Shown: positions 11,119-24,414 of the stretch, piece after piece
Numbering within the stretch: the first letter of the stretch is position 1
How the letters are laid out: each line of letters begins with the position of its first letter
DNA from: Hydrolagus colliei
Taxonomy: Eukaryota
NCBI GenBank assembly: GCA_035084275.1
Contig: CM068742.1
Span: forward strand, 44,826,001 to 44,890,000
Reading direction: 5' to 3'
DNA length: 64,000 nt
Position numbers and translations under genes: made by a program
The notes under the pieces: generated by a model
The model's database searches: none
What the model was told of the DNA's origin: nothing
What the model saw: the letters and a program-made list of their open reading frames with translations, nothing else

Positions 11119-13655
11119 TCCTGCCCCATTTCCTCTGAATTTTCCTCTTTACTTTCGTCTTTCAACTTCTCCCTTCATATTAACACTGCCACCCACACTC
11201 ACGGCCATCCTCTCGATCTAGTAATCACCCGAGGCCTCAACGTCTCTGGCGTCACCATCACAGACAAGGCCATTTCCGACCATTTTTTCATTTCCTGCAA
11301 CACCTCTATCCCTCCCCCCTCCACTTCCAAACCCACCACCATCTTCTACCGGCCCTGGAAGAAGATTCCCCCTCAAACTTTCACCTCTGCCCTAGAAACC
11401 TCCGACCTCTTCCCACACTGGCATTCTTTTTGTACCGACCCATGCTCCGCCTCCACCGCCCTACACAACACCCTCTCCACTACCCTTGACACCCTGACCC
11501 CCCTCACCTCCAAAACCGTCTCCCATTCCCGATCATCACCGTGGTACACAACTCACCTCCGTTCCCTCAAAAGCCAAGTGAGAGCAGTTGAACGCACCTG
11601 GCTCAAATCTGGCCTCACGGTCCACCGGCAAATCTGGCTGGACCGCATCAAATTTTACCGCTCCGCCCTAGCCACCGCCAAATCAGCCTTCTACTCCAGG
11701 ATAATCCTGGAAGCGAAGGACAACCACCGCCTCCTCTTTGCCACCACCAACAAGCTCCTCCGCCCCCCCCCCCCCGCCTCACCTCGCAGATCCTCTCCTC
11801 AAACGTTCGTTGTGAGGAGATGCTGGATTTCCTCGAGTCCAAAATTGAGAAAATCCGCTCTGCGGTTTCCTCCCCCCACCACTCCTCCATCTCCGCGCCC
11901 TCATCAGCTACCTCAACCCCTACTCACCCCCCATTTCACACTTTCAACCCCACCACCCTGCTTTCAGTCACAAAAACAATCACCTCCATGAAACCCACCA
12001 CGTGCTCATTGGACCCCATCCCCACCCCCCTCCTCCGCACCCAGCTCCATTTGTTAGCCCCGCTCATTTCTGACACCATTAACCTTTCACTCTCCTCAGG
12101 CACCGTCCCTACCTCCCTTAAAACAGCCACCATCACCCGTATCCTGAAGAAACCCTCCCTTGATGCATCGCAACCATCAAGTTATCGACCCATCTCCAAC
12201 CTCCCGTTTCTATCCAAGGTCCTTGAAAGAGTGGTTGCCTCCCAGCTCCGCTCTTTCCTTTCAAATCACTCACTTTTTGAAACCCTCCAATCAGGTTTCC
12301 GCCCTATCCACAGCACAGAAACTGCCCTGGTTAAGGTCACAAATGACATCCTAACCGCCTGTGACCAGGGCTCCCTCTGCCTCCTCGTCCTCCTTGACCT
12401 GTCTGCTGCGTTCGACACAGTCGATCACACCATCCTCCTTCAACGTCTTTCCTCCCACCTCAACCTTCAAGGCACAGTCCTTGACTGGTTCCATTCTTAT
12501 TTGACCCACCGTTTACATTTTGTTTGTTCCAATGGTTTTTCTTCAAACCCCCGCACAGTTTCCCACGGCGTCCCTCAGGGCTCTGTCCTCGGTCCCCTCC
12601 TTTTCACCCTTTACACGCTCCCTCTGGGTGACGTCATCCACAGACATTGGGTAAATTTCCACATGTATGCGGATGACACCCAGTTGTACCTTTCTGCCTC
12701 ATCCCTCAACCCCCAGACGATCGATGTTCTGACAGCATGTCTGTCCGACATTGAGTCGTGGACGAGGGACAACTTTTTGCAATTGAACGTGAATAAGACC
12801 GAGGCCCTCCTGATTGGCTCAAGCCAGCGCCTCCGCACATCGGGCGCTGCCAGCCTCAATATCCAAGGCTGCACTCTCCACCTCACAAAGCCAATCAGGA
12901 ACCTCGGCATCATGTTCGATCAAAAACTTTCCTTCCTCCCCCACATCCGCGCCTTGACCGGCACCGCCTATTTCCATCTGAGCAACATTGCCAGGCTCCG
13001 TAATTATCTTGCCCCCCGCGCTGCCGAAACACTCATGCACGCGTACATCACCTCATGGCTGGACTACGGAAATTCTCTCCTAGTCGGCCTCCCCAGTTCC
13101 TCCATTCATAGGCTGCAGGCCATCCAAAACTCTGCAGCCCGTGTACTATCCCGCACCCGCCTCCGCGACCACATAACCCCCACCCTCGCCCGTCTCCACT
13201 GGCTCCCCATTCTCCAGAGGATCGAGTTTAAGATCCTCATCCTCACCTACAAGGCCTTACACGGCCTTGCCCCATCCTTCTTAACCGATCTACTCTCCCC
13301 TTACACACCCACCCGGACCCTCCGTTCAACAGGACTTGGCCTGCTCCAAGCCCCCCGCCCGAACCGCCCCACCATCGGAGGACGGGCCTTCAGTTTCTCC
13401 GCTCCCACCTTATGGAATGCCATCCCTCAATCCCTCCGTTTCGTCTCTTCCCGTTCCTCTTTCAAGGCCGGTTTGAAGACTTTCCTCTTCGATCGTGCCT
13501 TTTGTTCCACCCTGAACTCTTTTACCTCCCCTTCGTGTTTCACCCCTTCCCAAACACTCCCCTCCCAGCTCGGGTCACACGCCTCCTGTTCAGCGCCTTG
13601 GGACATCCTCCCGACGTGAAAGGCGCTCTATAAATGTAAATTGTTGTTGTTGTTG
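11119..13655 (+). mobile_element. Young 5'-truncated L2 (CR1/L2 group) LINE: end of APE endonuclease, linker, full RT, 3' UTR, (TTG)n tail
   Basis: Open frame 11122-~11775 (THTHGHPLDLVITRG...ISDH...PWYT), one frameshift at a poly-C run, then ORF 11820-13619. Confidence 0.95.
11820..13619 (+). CDS. L2 ORF2 reverse transcriptase portion (599 aa)
   Basis: Motifs YRPISNLPFLSKVLERVV, QSGFR, LLDLSAAFDTVDH, GVPQGSVLGPLLF, YADDTQLY, LHWLP. Confidence 0.92.
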   Translation: MLDFLESKIEKIRSAVSSPHHSSISAPSSATSTPTHPPFHTFNPTTLLSVTKTITSMKPTTCSLDPIPTPLLRTQLHLLAPLISDTINLSLSSGTVPTSLKTATITRILKKPSLDASQPSSYRPISNLPFLSKVLERVVASQLRSFLSNHSLFETLQSGFRPIHSTETALVKVTNDILTACDQGSLCLLVLLDLSAAFDTVDHTILLQRLSSHLNLQGTVLDWFHSYLTHRLHFVCSNGFSSNPRTVSHGVPQGSVLGPLLFTLYTLPLGDVIHRHWVNFHMYADDTQLYLSASSLNPQTIDVLTACLSDIESWTRDNFLQLNVNKTEALLIGSSQRLRTSGAASLNIQGCTLHLTKPIRNLGIMFDQKLSFLPHIRALTGTAYFHLSNIARLRNYLAPRAAETLMHAYITSWLDYGNSLLVGLPSSSIHRLQAIQNSAARVLSRTRLRDHITPTLARLHWLPILQRIEFKILILTYKALHGLAPSFLTDLLSPYTPTRTLRSTGLGLLQAPRPNRPTIGGRAFSFSAPTLWNAIPQSLRFVSSRSSFKAGLKTFLFDRAFCSTLNSFTSPSCFTPSQTLPSQLGSHASCSAPWDILPT

Positions 13656-14844
13656 CTCTATATTCAGACTGATGCTTTGAAAAATCATCTTTGCATTACA
13701 TTCCTTTAACATCCTTGCAAGAATTGAACTTCTACTGCACACTTGGCAGTGACATACTGTGACTTTGACAGTGACCAGAAATTAGGTCTCCGGCAACAAT
13801 GATCAGCTGCAGCCCTGATCCTGTCACCACTAGGAAGAGATGGCTTCAGGTGCAGTGAAATCATATCCCTGCAGTGTAAAGGTGCTGGGTTCAAATTGGA
13901 CTGGACTCTCTACCTCATGGTCCATTCAAAGCTTGACAGCAGAGTTTTGAATGGAGCATTTTTAACATTATTAAAGATCCATTCACAAATGGATGTGAAT
14001 GGATCACATGTTGGGTCTTCTGGAGTGGACATCAAATTGGATTTCAGGTTTATACAGGTATACATTTATAATTACATGAATAAACTTTACGTCCAATTGC
14101 AATTTGTACCCACCACATCCGTACTGCAGAGATATGGTTTCATGCACCTGAAATCATCTCCTCCACATTTTTGATCCTTGGAACAAAGCAGACTTGTTTC
14201 CAGCCAAATACCTACAACATTAGTTTGCCCTTAATCTTTGTTTTCTTTTTAAAAACTGTTTTTTGTTCTGTGCAGGGAGGCTTAAAGTAGCAGCAGGAAT
14301 AAAATTACTCAGCGATGCTTATTTTAAAACATCAAGAAGTAATCATGTTTTATTGGCTGCCGCGATTTACCCACAACTATACATTCAATTCACTTTACAG
14401 TATATTTTGTGAAGTGCTTTGAGACATTGATAAGATGTGAAAAGCACTCTATCAAATGCAAGGATTACTATTATTATTATCAGAAGAAGTTGAGCAAGAG
14501 TCAACAACTGTACCATGGAATTATTTGTACAATGTCACCCAAATTAGTGACTATCTTTTCAAAACTTTCTCTCTTTATGCAGCTTTCCTTTTATTTTCTA
14601 ATCACACAATAAGTCAAATATTCATCAATTTTCAGTTACTTTGCAGATGAAGCGCATTCTTTTGTTGAGAATTAGAACACAGCACGAGAATAGACAAGCA
14701 ATGTGCAAAGTACTTATAAGACATCTTGGACTATTTATTGTCAAGAATTATTTAAACTAATTAAAAGCCAGTTTCTGAAGAAAATCAAATGTGTCTCAGA
14801 ATAAACCACAGCCCTCAAAAGAAAACTAAGGTTATTAGTAGCTA

Positions 14845-15102
14845 TCTGACCTCACACTCTGGAACTCCATCCCACAGTCTCTTTGACTCGCTTCCTCCCT
14901 TGCCTCCTTCAAGGCCAGTCTCAAGACCCTCCTCTTTGATCGTGCCTTCTGCTGCCTTCCCAAATCTCTCCCTCTCCTCCTATCTCCCTTCCCCTCACCC
15001 TGTCCCTCTCCCTTGTTCGGGTCCCGGCCTGACAGTTCAGCGCCTTGGGACATCCTCCCGATGTGAAAGGTGCTCTATAAATGTAATTTTGTTGTTGTTG
15101 AT
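14845..15102 (+). mobile_element. L2 3' fragment
   Basis: CTCTGGAACTCCATCCC...GGGACATCCTCCCGATGTGAAAGGTGCTCTATAAATG(TTG)n. Confidence 0.85.
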
Positions 15103-16123
15103 GTGATGTAGTTGTCTTGCTTTATACTATCTCTTTGGTTTTGTACTGACAACCTTTCAGTCTGCAATGAACAAGAAGGAAGGTAGCAAAAAAGCCTTAC
15201 TCAATACTCAAATATTCTGACCAAACCTTAATTTCTTATTACACATTTTGATTTGTCCTTCTTTTGCATACCCCCAGTAGTAAAGAATGTTAATAATAAG
15301 AAAAAAATACTTTGTGAATTAAACAGTTTCACTTTCTGCTTTTTTTTATTAATGCAAGGATTTCTTGAATATAAAGTCATTTTTAATAGTTGCAAGTTAT
15401 TATGTACTCATCAGATTAATTTAGACTTATGCAGTCCGGTCCAGTCCTATAATTACAATACCTAATATAATTTACATTAATGCAGCATGTTTCATGTAAA
15501 GCACTTCACAATGCTAAATGGCCATTTGAGCTTGGGATGGGAGCCAAGAGAAGTGAGGAGGGAAAAGATAACCGAAAATTGTGCTTTTCATTAAGTATCT
15601 AGTTTATATTCATATTATCCATGGACACAGGGATTTAAATACATCAGTTATGCCTGTTTCAATGTTCTTTTCTCCAGTGAGAATAATTTCAATTGGTAAA
15701 CCTTTCCTCATAAATCCACAAGCTTGTTGTTACAATTTTCTGATCCCTTTCCAATACATTATAGTGCCTTATCACATCATTGAGATGTCCCGAAGCAAGA
15801 TATCCACAAAATAAACACAGCCATACCATTTTATACTAAATCATGTGAAGCGCTTTGAGACATCTCAATGACAACATGATAAGAAGGTATATCAAATGCA
15901 AGGGTAATTATATTATTATTCTGTTCTAAAGACAATTGAAAACTACATGCTTCACACATCTCAACTTTCACTCTAATATTTCAAACAAGACTTTAGCAGT
16001 GGTTTATTAAAAATCAAAACAACCCATTTGGCCTATGTCCAGAGGCTCAAATCTTCTTCTGCTCCTAGCTTTAAGATCAAAACTGGACACATCAAGAATT
16101 CTAGAAAATTATTCATTATGTAT

Positions 16124-16400
16124 AATAAATAATCCTTGCATTTGATATCTTCTAGACGTCTCAAAGTGCTTCACAGATTATACTATACTATAATGTAAAA
16201 GGATTGCATATTAGTGGATGAAACGCAGCAGCCAATTGCACACAACAGTATCCCACAAACAGACGTGAATTGAAATGACCAATCTATTATTTTTTTTCTT
16301 GAAGGATTATTATCAGCCATATGGAGTAAAGCAATTTGCCCAAGATTTTGCACTGCCTGGAATTGAACCCAGGTGTTTCGCTAGTAAGGGGAGTGTGCTA
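16124..16400 (-). mobile_element. Full-length tRNA-derived SINE
   Basis: Minus-strand head GAGTCCTGTAGCTCAGTGGTTAGCAC...GGGTTCAATTCC; (ATT)n tail. Confidence 0.85.
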
Positions 16401-16607
16401 ACCACTGAGCTACAGGACTCATTCCAACCTTAATTTTGAAGCTGTTTATCCACACTTCTCAATCAACGAAAGTGTTCAATTTTAAAAGAATGTATTGTGA
16501 TCAAACGTGGCTTGTAATGAGGATATTCTGCAGGGATAAGATCAGATAGCCTGAAGTTCCACTTTCATCTAAACCGATCTTGCAATCTTGTAACAGCAGA
16601 GGAGAAA

Positions 16608-16912
16608 TAATAATAATAATACTTGCATTTGATATAGCGCTTTTCACGTCTTCTAGACATCTCAAGGCACTTCACAGAATATAATGTAAAGTAAATTCAC
16701 TATATATTTGTGGGCGAAACGCGGCAGCCAATTGCACACAGCAGTGTCCCTCAAACAGTCGTGGATTGAAATGACCAATTTCTTATAGGTTTTTTCGGGA
16801 CAGATTATGTCGGGTAAGGAAACTTGCCCAAGGTTTCCCTGACCTGGCTGGATTCGAAACACAAGTCTCACACTTGTAAGGCGAGTGCTCTAACCACTGA
16901 GCTACAGGACTC
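16608..16912 (-). mobile_element. Full-length tRNA-derived SINE
   Basis: Head GAGTCCTGTAGCTCAGTGGTTAGAGCACTCGCCTTACAAG...TTCGAATCC; tail GTGAAAAGCGCTATATCAAATGCAAG(TAT)n. Confidence 0.9.
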
Positions 16913-17099
16913 TAGTTTTGTAATGGATTGCAGAGATTTTTCACGTTAACAGAAGATCCGTACTATATCTGTATAATTTATATGAAATATTTCCTTGACC
17001 TGAGAATATTTAACCATCTGAGAAGGATACATCCTGTCAGACGGAGCTCCCAAAGTCTGATAGTTGAAATGGTAATGAATAGAGCCTACCCAACAAAGC

Positions 17100-18794
17100 A
17101 TGTGCATCTTGGATAACAGTAAAATGGATGACTCAACAGCTCTTTTACATAAGAAGCATCAGGAATAAAAGAGACTATTCAATCCATTGAAGCTCGTCCT
17201 TTGGCAAGACAGTTTTCTCATCACTCCAACTAAATGTTTTAAACTAAACCCAATGTTTTGACTCATATCTGGCTTGGTAAATTCATCCAAATATTCATAA
17301 TTTGTTTTGAGTAATGATATTTTTCCTGATGTCAGTTTTAAAGTCACTTGTCACTAATTTCCATTAATGTCCTCCGGTCCTACTTTCTTGACTTACTTTG
17401 AAATGATAGTGTGGGTTTAATTTATCTATAGCATTAAATATTTTCATGCACTTTGATTAGCTGTCCTCTTAATCACTTTCCATTAGGTTCTAAAGATTTT
17501 GTTCATCTTTCTTCATCCTTTACAATTGGGATCAATCTGGTTGCTCTTTGCTGTACTTTTCAAAACCAAGTACTGTATATATTTTGTCTGGCATGTTGTC
17601 CAAACTGAACTTATGGACGAACCAGTGATTAGCAAAGTAATAGCATTATGTCTGTCAGATTATATTCTCCTATACAACAACAACAACAACTTAAACTTAT
17701 AAAGCGCCTTTCACGTCGGGAAGACATCCCAAGGCGCTGCACAGGAGGCATGTGACCCGAGCTGGGAGGGGAGTGTTCGGGAAGGGGTGAAACACGTAGG
17801 GGAGGTCGAAAAGTTCGGGGGGGAACAAAAGGCACGGTCGAAGAGGAAAGTCTTCAAACCGGCCTTGAAAGAGGAAAGGGAAGAAACAAGGCGGAGGGAT
17901 TGGGGGATGGAATTCCACAGGTGTGAGGTAGTTGCGGAGCCTGGCAATGTTGCGTAGGTGGAAATAAGCGGTGCCCGTCAAGGCACGGATGTGGGGGAGG
18001 AAGGAGAGTTTATGGTCAAACATGATGCCGAGGTTCCTGACTGGCTTTGTGAGGTGGAGAGTACAGCCTTGGATGTTGAGGCTGGCAGCGCCCGATGTGT
18101 GGAGGTGCTGGCTTGAGCCAATCAGGAGGGCCTCGGTCTTGCTCACGTGCAGTAGCTATATATGATAGCTGTAGTGACTATACATCCTTGTATTCCATGA
18201 ACTATCTTAATTGCTTCGGTAGCATTTAAAAGGTGCTCGCTGGAAAAATTGCATTGAAATGAAATCACTCGCTAGATAAACTGCTTGGGACATTAAGGGC
18301 ATCTTCAAAGAATTGTTACAATGTTGGTGAAAACTTGGCTTTAATATCCTCATGGGCTTGACTTAAAGTTTCCCAGGTCATCCTGATGTACTCAGGATTC
18401 CCGCTGAACACACGCTTTTCAGGGAAAATTAAATGAAAGTGAAGTTTTCACCTTTACATCCAAGGTACTTCCCAAATATGCACCTTGTTCTGAAGATTTC
18501 TAGTTGCAACCTTTGACTCTTTCTCTGTTTCTCTTGGAGTTGTGATGCTTCCTCACATGTTTCTCCTCTCCTACATTTGTTTTGCTCACAACGGAATAGT
18601 AAGTAGCAATTTTTCATTCTGTACATTCTGGTTTAAATATTACTCACCAGGCTTAAAATACTACTGTATTGTTCAATAAGTTTGCAGTACAAAATGTAAC
18701 CTATCTCGCTTGAAAAGATGTCTCACAAACTTTAGATAATGTGCTTTCCGGAGGTCTCTTAGTGCTGCTGGTGAGATTGCCATTAAAAACAGAC
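17100..18794 (-). pseudogene. Possible decayed large exon, interrupted by an L2 fragment
   Basis: Acceptor-like ttttaag|G at 18794; purine-rich, protein-like runs (SVFNGNLTSSTKRPPESTLSKVCETSF; LKTNYEYLDEFTKPDMSQNIGF) broken by many stops. No homology recognised. Confidence 0.25.
17675..18146 (-). mobile_element. Young L2 3' fragment with an internal deletion
   Basis: Closely matches 12790-13010 and 13405-13655 of the large L2; ~390 bp between them are missing. Confidence 0.9.
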
Positions 18795-18917
18795 CTTAAA
18801 AATAATTATCTGGAATTCATCAATCATGTGTAGTCAGTTTCCGACATATGGTTGCATCTGATCTGAAATGATCTGAAATAGGTATCATTTGCAAATATCA
18901 TTTATGGAATCCTGCAC

Positions 18918-19282
18918 TCAGAGCACTCGCCTCACAACTACAAAGCAACAAACAACAACAAAATTACATTTATAGAGCACCTTTCATGTCGAGAGACCGC
19001 CTTTCAAGTGAGAGACCTGGATTTGATTCCCGACAAGGAGAAACCTTGGACAAGTTTTCTTACTCCATATGCCTGATAATAATCCCTCAAGAAAAAATAA
19101 ATAAATAAATTGGTCACTTCAATCCACGACAGTTTGTAGGACACTGCTGTGTGCAATTGGTTGCTGTATTTCACCCACAAATATATAGTCAATTCACTTT
19201 ACAGTATATTCTGTGAAGTGCTTTGAAACATCTAGAAGACATGAAAAGCACTATATCAAATGCAAGGATTATTATGTATTAT
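18918..19282 (+). mobile_element. tRNA-derived SINE with a short antisense L2 tail inserted in its head (~18945-19000)
   Basis: AGAGCACTCGCCTCACAA...CAAGTGAGAGACCTGGATTTGATTCCC...TATCAAATGCAAGGATTATT. Confidence 0.75.
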
Positions 19283-22200
19283 TAAGTGAGGTATGGCTAC
19301 AACTGAAGGTCATTTAAGCTACTCTATGGTAAGAATATATGAAATTGATTCATACTTTTTAAAACCAGTTCATAAAGCTGATCCGTTGTGCTTTGAGTCA
19401 CTGCATATAAAAAGCTTTAGTCTCTTTTGGAAATGATCAAGTCAAGAGTTTGCATGAATAGTTCTACAAATAAACTCTTGTACTCTAATGCAAGTGCATA
19501 TTTAAGCTATGAATGGATTAATGTTAGCAAACATTCATTTCACATCATAGCTAAGCAAAATATGAACACCATTTTAAAAGTGATGAATCATTCATGCATT
19601 AATTCTGCAACATCTTTTAAGCCATGGAAATGTTACTGGTCCTTTTAAAGGCAACAGTGGTAAGGATTTTCTGCCATTAACACATCAACAGCTCTTAGAA
19701 ATCTTCAAGACAGGCAGAAATTAGATACAGTACTCAGTGCACTCTAAACCTTGATCTTTCTTGTCATTGAGGCTGAAGTCAAAGAGTTTGTTGCACCCTC
19801 CCCCGCCCACCCCAACAAGTGTAGATTATGGGAATTTATACACATTAATATAACCAGTAAGGATTACTATTAAAAATACAATTTAGCAACTGTTAGGGCA
19901 TGGGACAACTCACATGGCAGGCAGACTTTGCTGAAATCAGAGGTTAAATCGGCCACCGCCTCCCTAACCCGAGAAATGGTTCCTGCTCCTGATTCCACAA
20001 CTGCATACTCTACTGTTTGGAGAGGCTTCGGGTTTAACTATGACACCCTGTATAGTAGAGAGGTCCACTGACACTCACCACTAAAGCACACGCACAAAGA
20101 ACGACAATTTGTGGTGATATGGAGAATATCCAGTGACCTTGGAACTAAAATCCAGCAAGAGAAAATCAGAGAAGAAGCAGAGAGGAGAAAATTAGAAAAA
20201 TTACTTGGAGACACTAAATTTATATTAAGAAAAACCTTGTAAACTATACCATTAGTTAACAGTAGTCATGTTTGAAAAAGGATTTTTCAAATGTTGTAAT
20301 TCCTTTAGAGAAATATCAATAGACTTTCCCCTCAAAGTAATTTTAATGAAACATGCTTTTCAGGTGGAATATAAATGCAGGTTGTAATGCTATATCTGTG
20401 TTTTATGTTGTGATCCTTTCATTCAAAACATTTCACATCACCACCTTAACCTAATATTGGATTATCATATACATCACACCTGATCCATGTTATCACCCAA
20501 AGGATTGTGAGCAAATCAAAACTTAATTGGGAAAATAATAATAGTCTCTTATGCACATCTTGCTTTTTTAAAGCATTGCAAGATATTCCTTCTAACTTTT
20601 CTTTTGAACAGAATTATGTCAAACAAAACGATGGAGTGAAAATTCAATTTATTATCGTTATTAATTATCACGTTCCTGAAAATTGTAACTCAAGAGACTT
20701 TAGCATTGACAAATTTGAAATGTAGCACTCAAAATTTTACTTGAGATTTGAAAGGCTTAATGGATTTACCAGGATTCAAACTCAGTACCTCCAAGCCTCA
20801 GGTCTCGTCTACCCAAGGATGAGATTCCAGCATTACAGAGTGATATGGCACAGAAACAAGCCTTAAATCCAACAAATCTGTGCCACTGTTTATAGTCCAC
20901 ACAAGCCCCTATCCTTTCTATTCCCTTCCCCTGCACACCTCCTTTTCCTTCTCCTTCATGTCACTTCAGTCCAATCAAGTTTTCTCTTAAATACATTCAA
21001 GCTGTTCGCTTCAACCACAGACTCGCAGAGATTTATGGCAGCAATCTATCAAATAGAATGACAAAATATAATCAAGGGCCTCACTAAGTCAAATGAGAAT
21101 ATGCTGCCTTGTACATTGTGTTGATTATTTATTGCACACCATTTTTATACTTTTACTATTTTTTTCTTTCAGAAAATAGTTTCAGTCTTCTCACAATTAA
21201 GTTGTGTTTGATGTAGAGCAAGTTGGGAATGAGAGTTCAAATTCAGTCAATTAAAAGATTTATTAATTGATTCTGAATTCCATTAAGGTTACAGAACTCA
21301 AAACTTGCTTAACACACTGCAATAGTTTTGACCTCCTGTTATTTACTCTAATCTCTATTCTGTTAAATGAAATATCTTGACTTGTGCAACCAGGCCAATT
21401 CTGGTTCAAACCCAACAGCTGGAATTTTTTGATTGGCTCTGAGATGCAGTTTCAGCCCTCAGCACCTTACCCTAGTGACCATTCTTTACATGTCAATCTG
21501 AATAGTGAGTGTTGGCAGGCTGTTCAACTCTACAAGGCATCCCAGCTGAGCTCAATGCTGTTCGCACCCAACATTCACAGCTTTGCAGTTCCAGCAGCTG
21601 TCACTGGAAAATGCTCTGGGCTGGTTTGTACTCTTGCCCCATCATCCGAGAACTGTTGGCCTGAAATTCCACCTAGTCCTAGCCTGCAAGTCCATTTATG
21701 ATTATTGATTTCTCCCCGTTCTTAAAAAGAACCAGTTGTGAAATTAAGACTGAATTGAAGAATTGTCTGCATGAATTTTAATATTAAATTCTCTCATAGA
21801 CTAAGCCAAGGAAGATTTCTAAGTGCAATAGAGATATTGGAACAATTTCCCTCAGAGTGATGGGCCCCTGGGCACATAAGAATGAAGTCCATCATTCTGA
21901 CCTGTGGAAATTCATATCTTGGGTGAAGATGCTTTTTGGACAAAGATCCCATAGATTCACATAATCTACTTCCGGTTCCCAGCAGGAGCTACTATTTGCA
22001 GCTCAAATTTGCTATTCACAACTCTATATTTTAGAGCCCAATAAAATCAATTTTAGCATCCTTGCCATATGAACAAGCAGAAATTAGGTAACTTAGTATC
22101 TGCTGGAGCTTTCCTTATCTGTACAGCTCAGTCCACACAACCACACTGTTTCTTTAAATGCTGAATCATAACAGGAATTGTAGCTGTTTGCAAGTAAAAG

Positions 22201-24414
22201 CTGCTTTTGAAGGTTTGACCAAAGCCAAAGTTACAACAGTAACAAATGTAACTTAAGCAGAAGAAACCACAGGTATTACCTGCCTCATTTCACGAATCCA
22301 GCTTCTTCCACTGTTTTATCATAATAGAACTAAACCCACTTTTAGCGATAATCAAACCCAAAAAACAGCCATGAAAAGCCATGGAGCTTAATAGGGCAAA
22401 ACTTAGGAGGAAATGGTAAAGAAAGGGCGTATATTGTCAGCAAACAATCCAAATGCGTACAAGTAGATGTATATTGCTCTGTCCTTCTGTTGGTATGTTC
22501 AGTTGAAATGCTCATTTGTTTGTTTGATTGATTAAATGACATTACCGAGGCAAAAATATTGCACAATAAACAAAGGGCAGTGGATCTTGACTGAGTAAAA
22601 GGCAGAAACATGACCTGCAAATGAATGATTAATTATGCATATGCACTCATTTATTACAAGTCCACAGTCATATTTGTGAAACTATAGAACCGCAAATTCC
22701 TTAGCATAGAATGCACTTGACATTGAACTGCTGACTGTCAGATTAACTCATTTATCCTGGGTGCCTTTCACAGTATCTTTCTGAATGCACAACACTGCTC
22801 CTGGGATGCAGCTTCCTTATTATAAGCAGAAGAATGCGCGAGCTGAGTTTCCCAAAGTTTTTTTTTGAAATAGCACATTGTGTTCATTGCCAAAATGGCT
22901 TCCCTCATGTCAAAAGCTATTCACGTGTAAAAACTTTACAACTTCTTGCCTGATAAATGACTGAGAAACTTTGACAGATCAGAATGACACAGTGTAGTCT
23001 CAAACATGTGGTATGATGCACTTCTGGCATACAGAGACTGCCTGTCAAATGCCTATGACTCCATACTGCAGCTAGGGACCCTATAGAGCAGCAGATGGGC
23101 CATTAAGGTAGTATTAATGTAGATGCCATCAGTTTTCAGTTCTGACTGGGACATGCTCTTTAGAACTCCAACCAGCTGCTGCCATTTACTGTGACAGCTA
23201 CCTGCTAACTTTTGCCAACTGGCATTCTCGGTTACACTCTGTACCTGAGCTATTAACCGTTTGATTTCCACAGTTTGCAATCCCATAATGACAAAAACCG
23301 AAAAGCCATTTAGTTGCATGATTCTTTCTTAAAACCCTGCATTTTCCTTTAATATAAAGCTAACGCCAACGGCCAAGTACTAACCATAATGTTTATTCCA
23401 AAATGTATAGACAACAGAAGCTATTGGAAATCTACAACGCCAACAATATGGATTCATGTAGCACCTTTCACGTGGGGCAGCGTCTCGGAGCACATAAAAC
23501 GAAAATTCTATTCCTTTTTTAAGGTTCCAAGTCTAAAGAATACACCCTAGCCAGTGGTAAACTTTCCATTTAATTTACTGAATGGTGAAATCCTAATAAA
23601 TCAGGATTGACAAAGACAAGAGTTATAAAGTTCTTCCCCACAAGTAAAATGAAATGGGTGTTTTGTTCTTCGCTGTGTATTCTGTTCATATCGCAGGCAA
23701 CATTTGAAACACATAAATCAATTTAACGTTAAATGTTTCATGAGGAAGCTGCTGCAACATCTGATCAGTTATTGTGATATTATCAACAGAGGACACCAGG
23801 AGGTGATTCTGTTCACTGCAATGTGCACGAATAATGGGAAAATCCCACTCTCAGAGCACGTCACCCAAGATGGGTAAGAATCCAGACAAGCATGTTCACA
23901 AAGGTTGGCAAGTTGAAGACAAATTGGGAAATACCCCTTAAATTTATTGTCATCAGTAAATTAAAACTTGTCCAATTCAAATCTTTAGGTGATATCACAA
24001 ACCACTATATACTAGAAACCTTCATAATGACTCAGGTACTGAGGTTGGTTACTTCATGGAAATGAATATCATAAGATTATAAATATTCAAATGAAAATGC
24101 TCTCAACTTAAGCATAGACAGAAGTTCCTCACACACCATGCAATTCATTTAATTTTGCTCAACTGCAAAGGATATTCATTTGGGATCTCATTTCAGATCT
24201 TGCTGTTTAGATCACCTTCTAGGGACCAAAATTTAATTCTTATATATTTCCAAGTAGGAAATGAATGAGACATTTTAGGCTTGATGGGCCGAATGGCCTT
24301 CTTCTGTGCTGTAGATTTCTGTGTTTCTAATTACAAATTTGCTTAAACTTTATCCTCTTTTTTTATCTGCATCTTCTCCTGGTCAATAAACTGAGAGTTT
24401 GTGTAACAGATACA

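Noticed and set aside
16840-16912. tRNA gene-like sequence (also ~10670-10735, 16340-16400, 46780-46844)
   Set aside because: SINE heads: no closed acceptor stem and always followed by the SINE body and tail.
23769-23873. Plus-strand AG...GG|gtaaga open candidate exon
   Set aside because: No polypyrimidine tract, no recognisable peptide, no partner exons.
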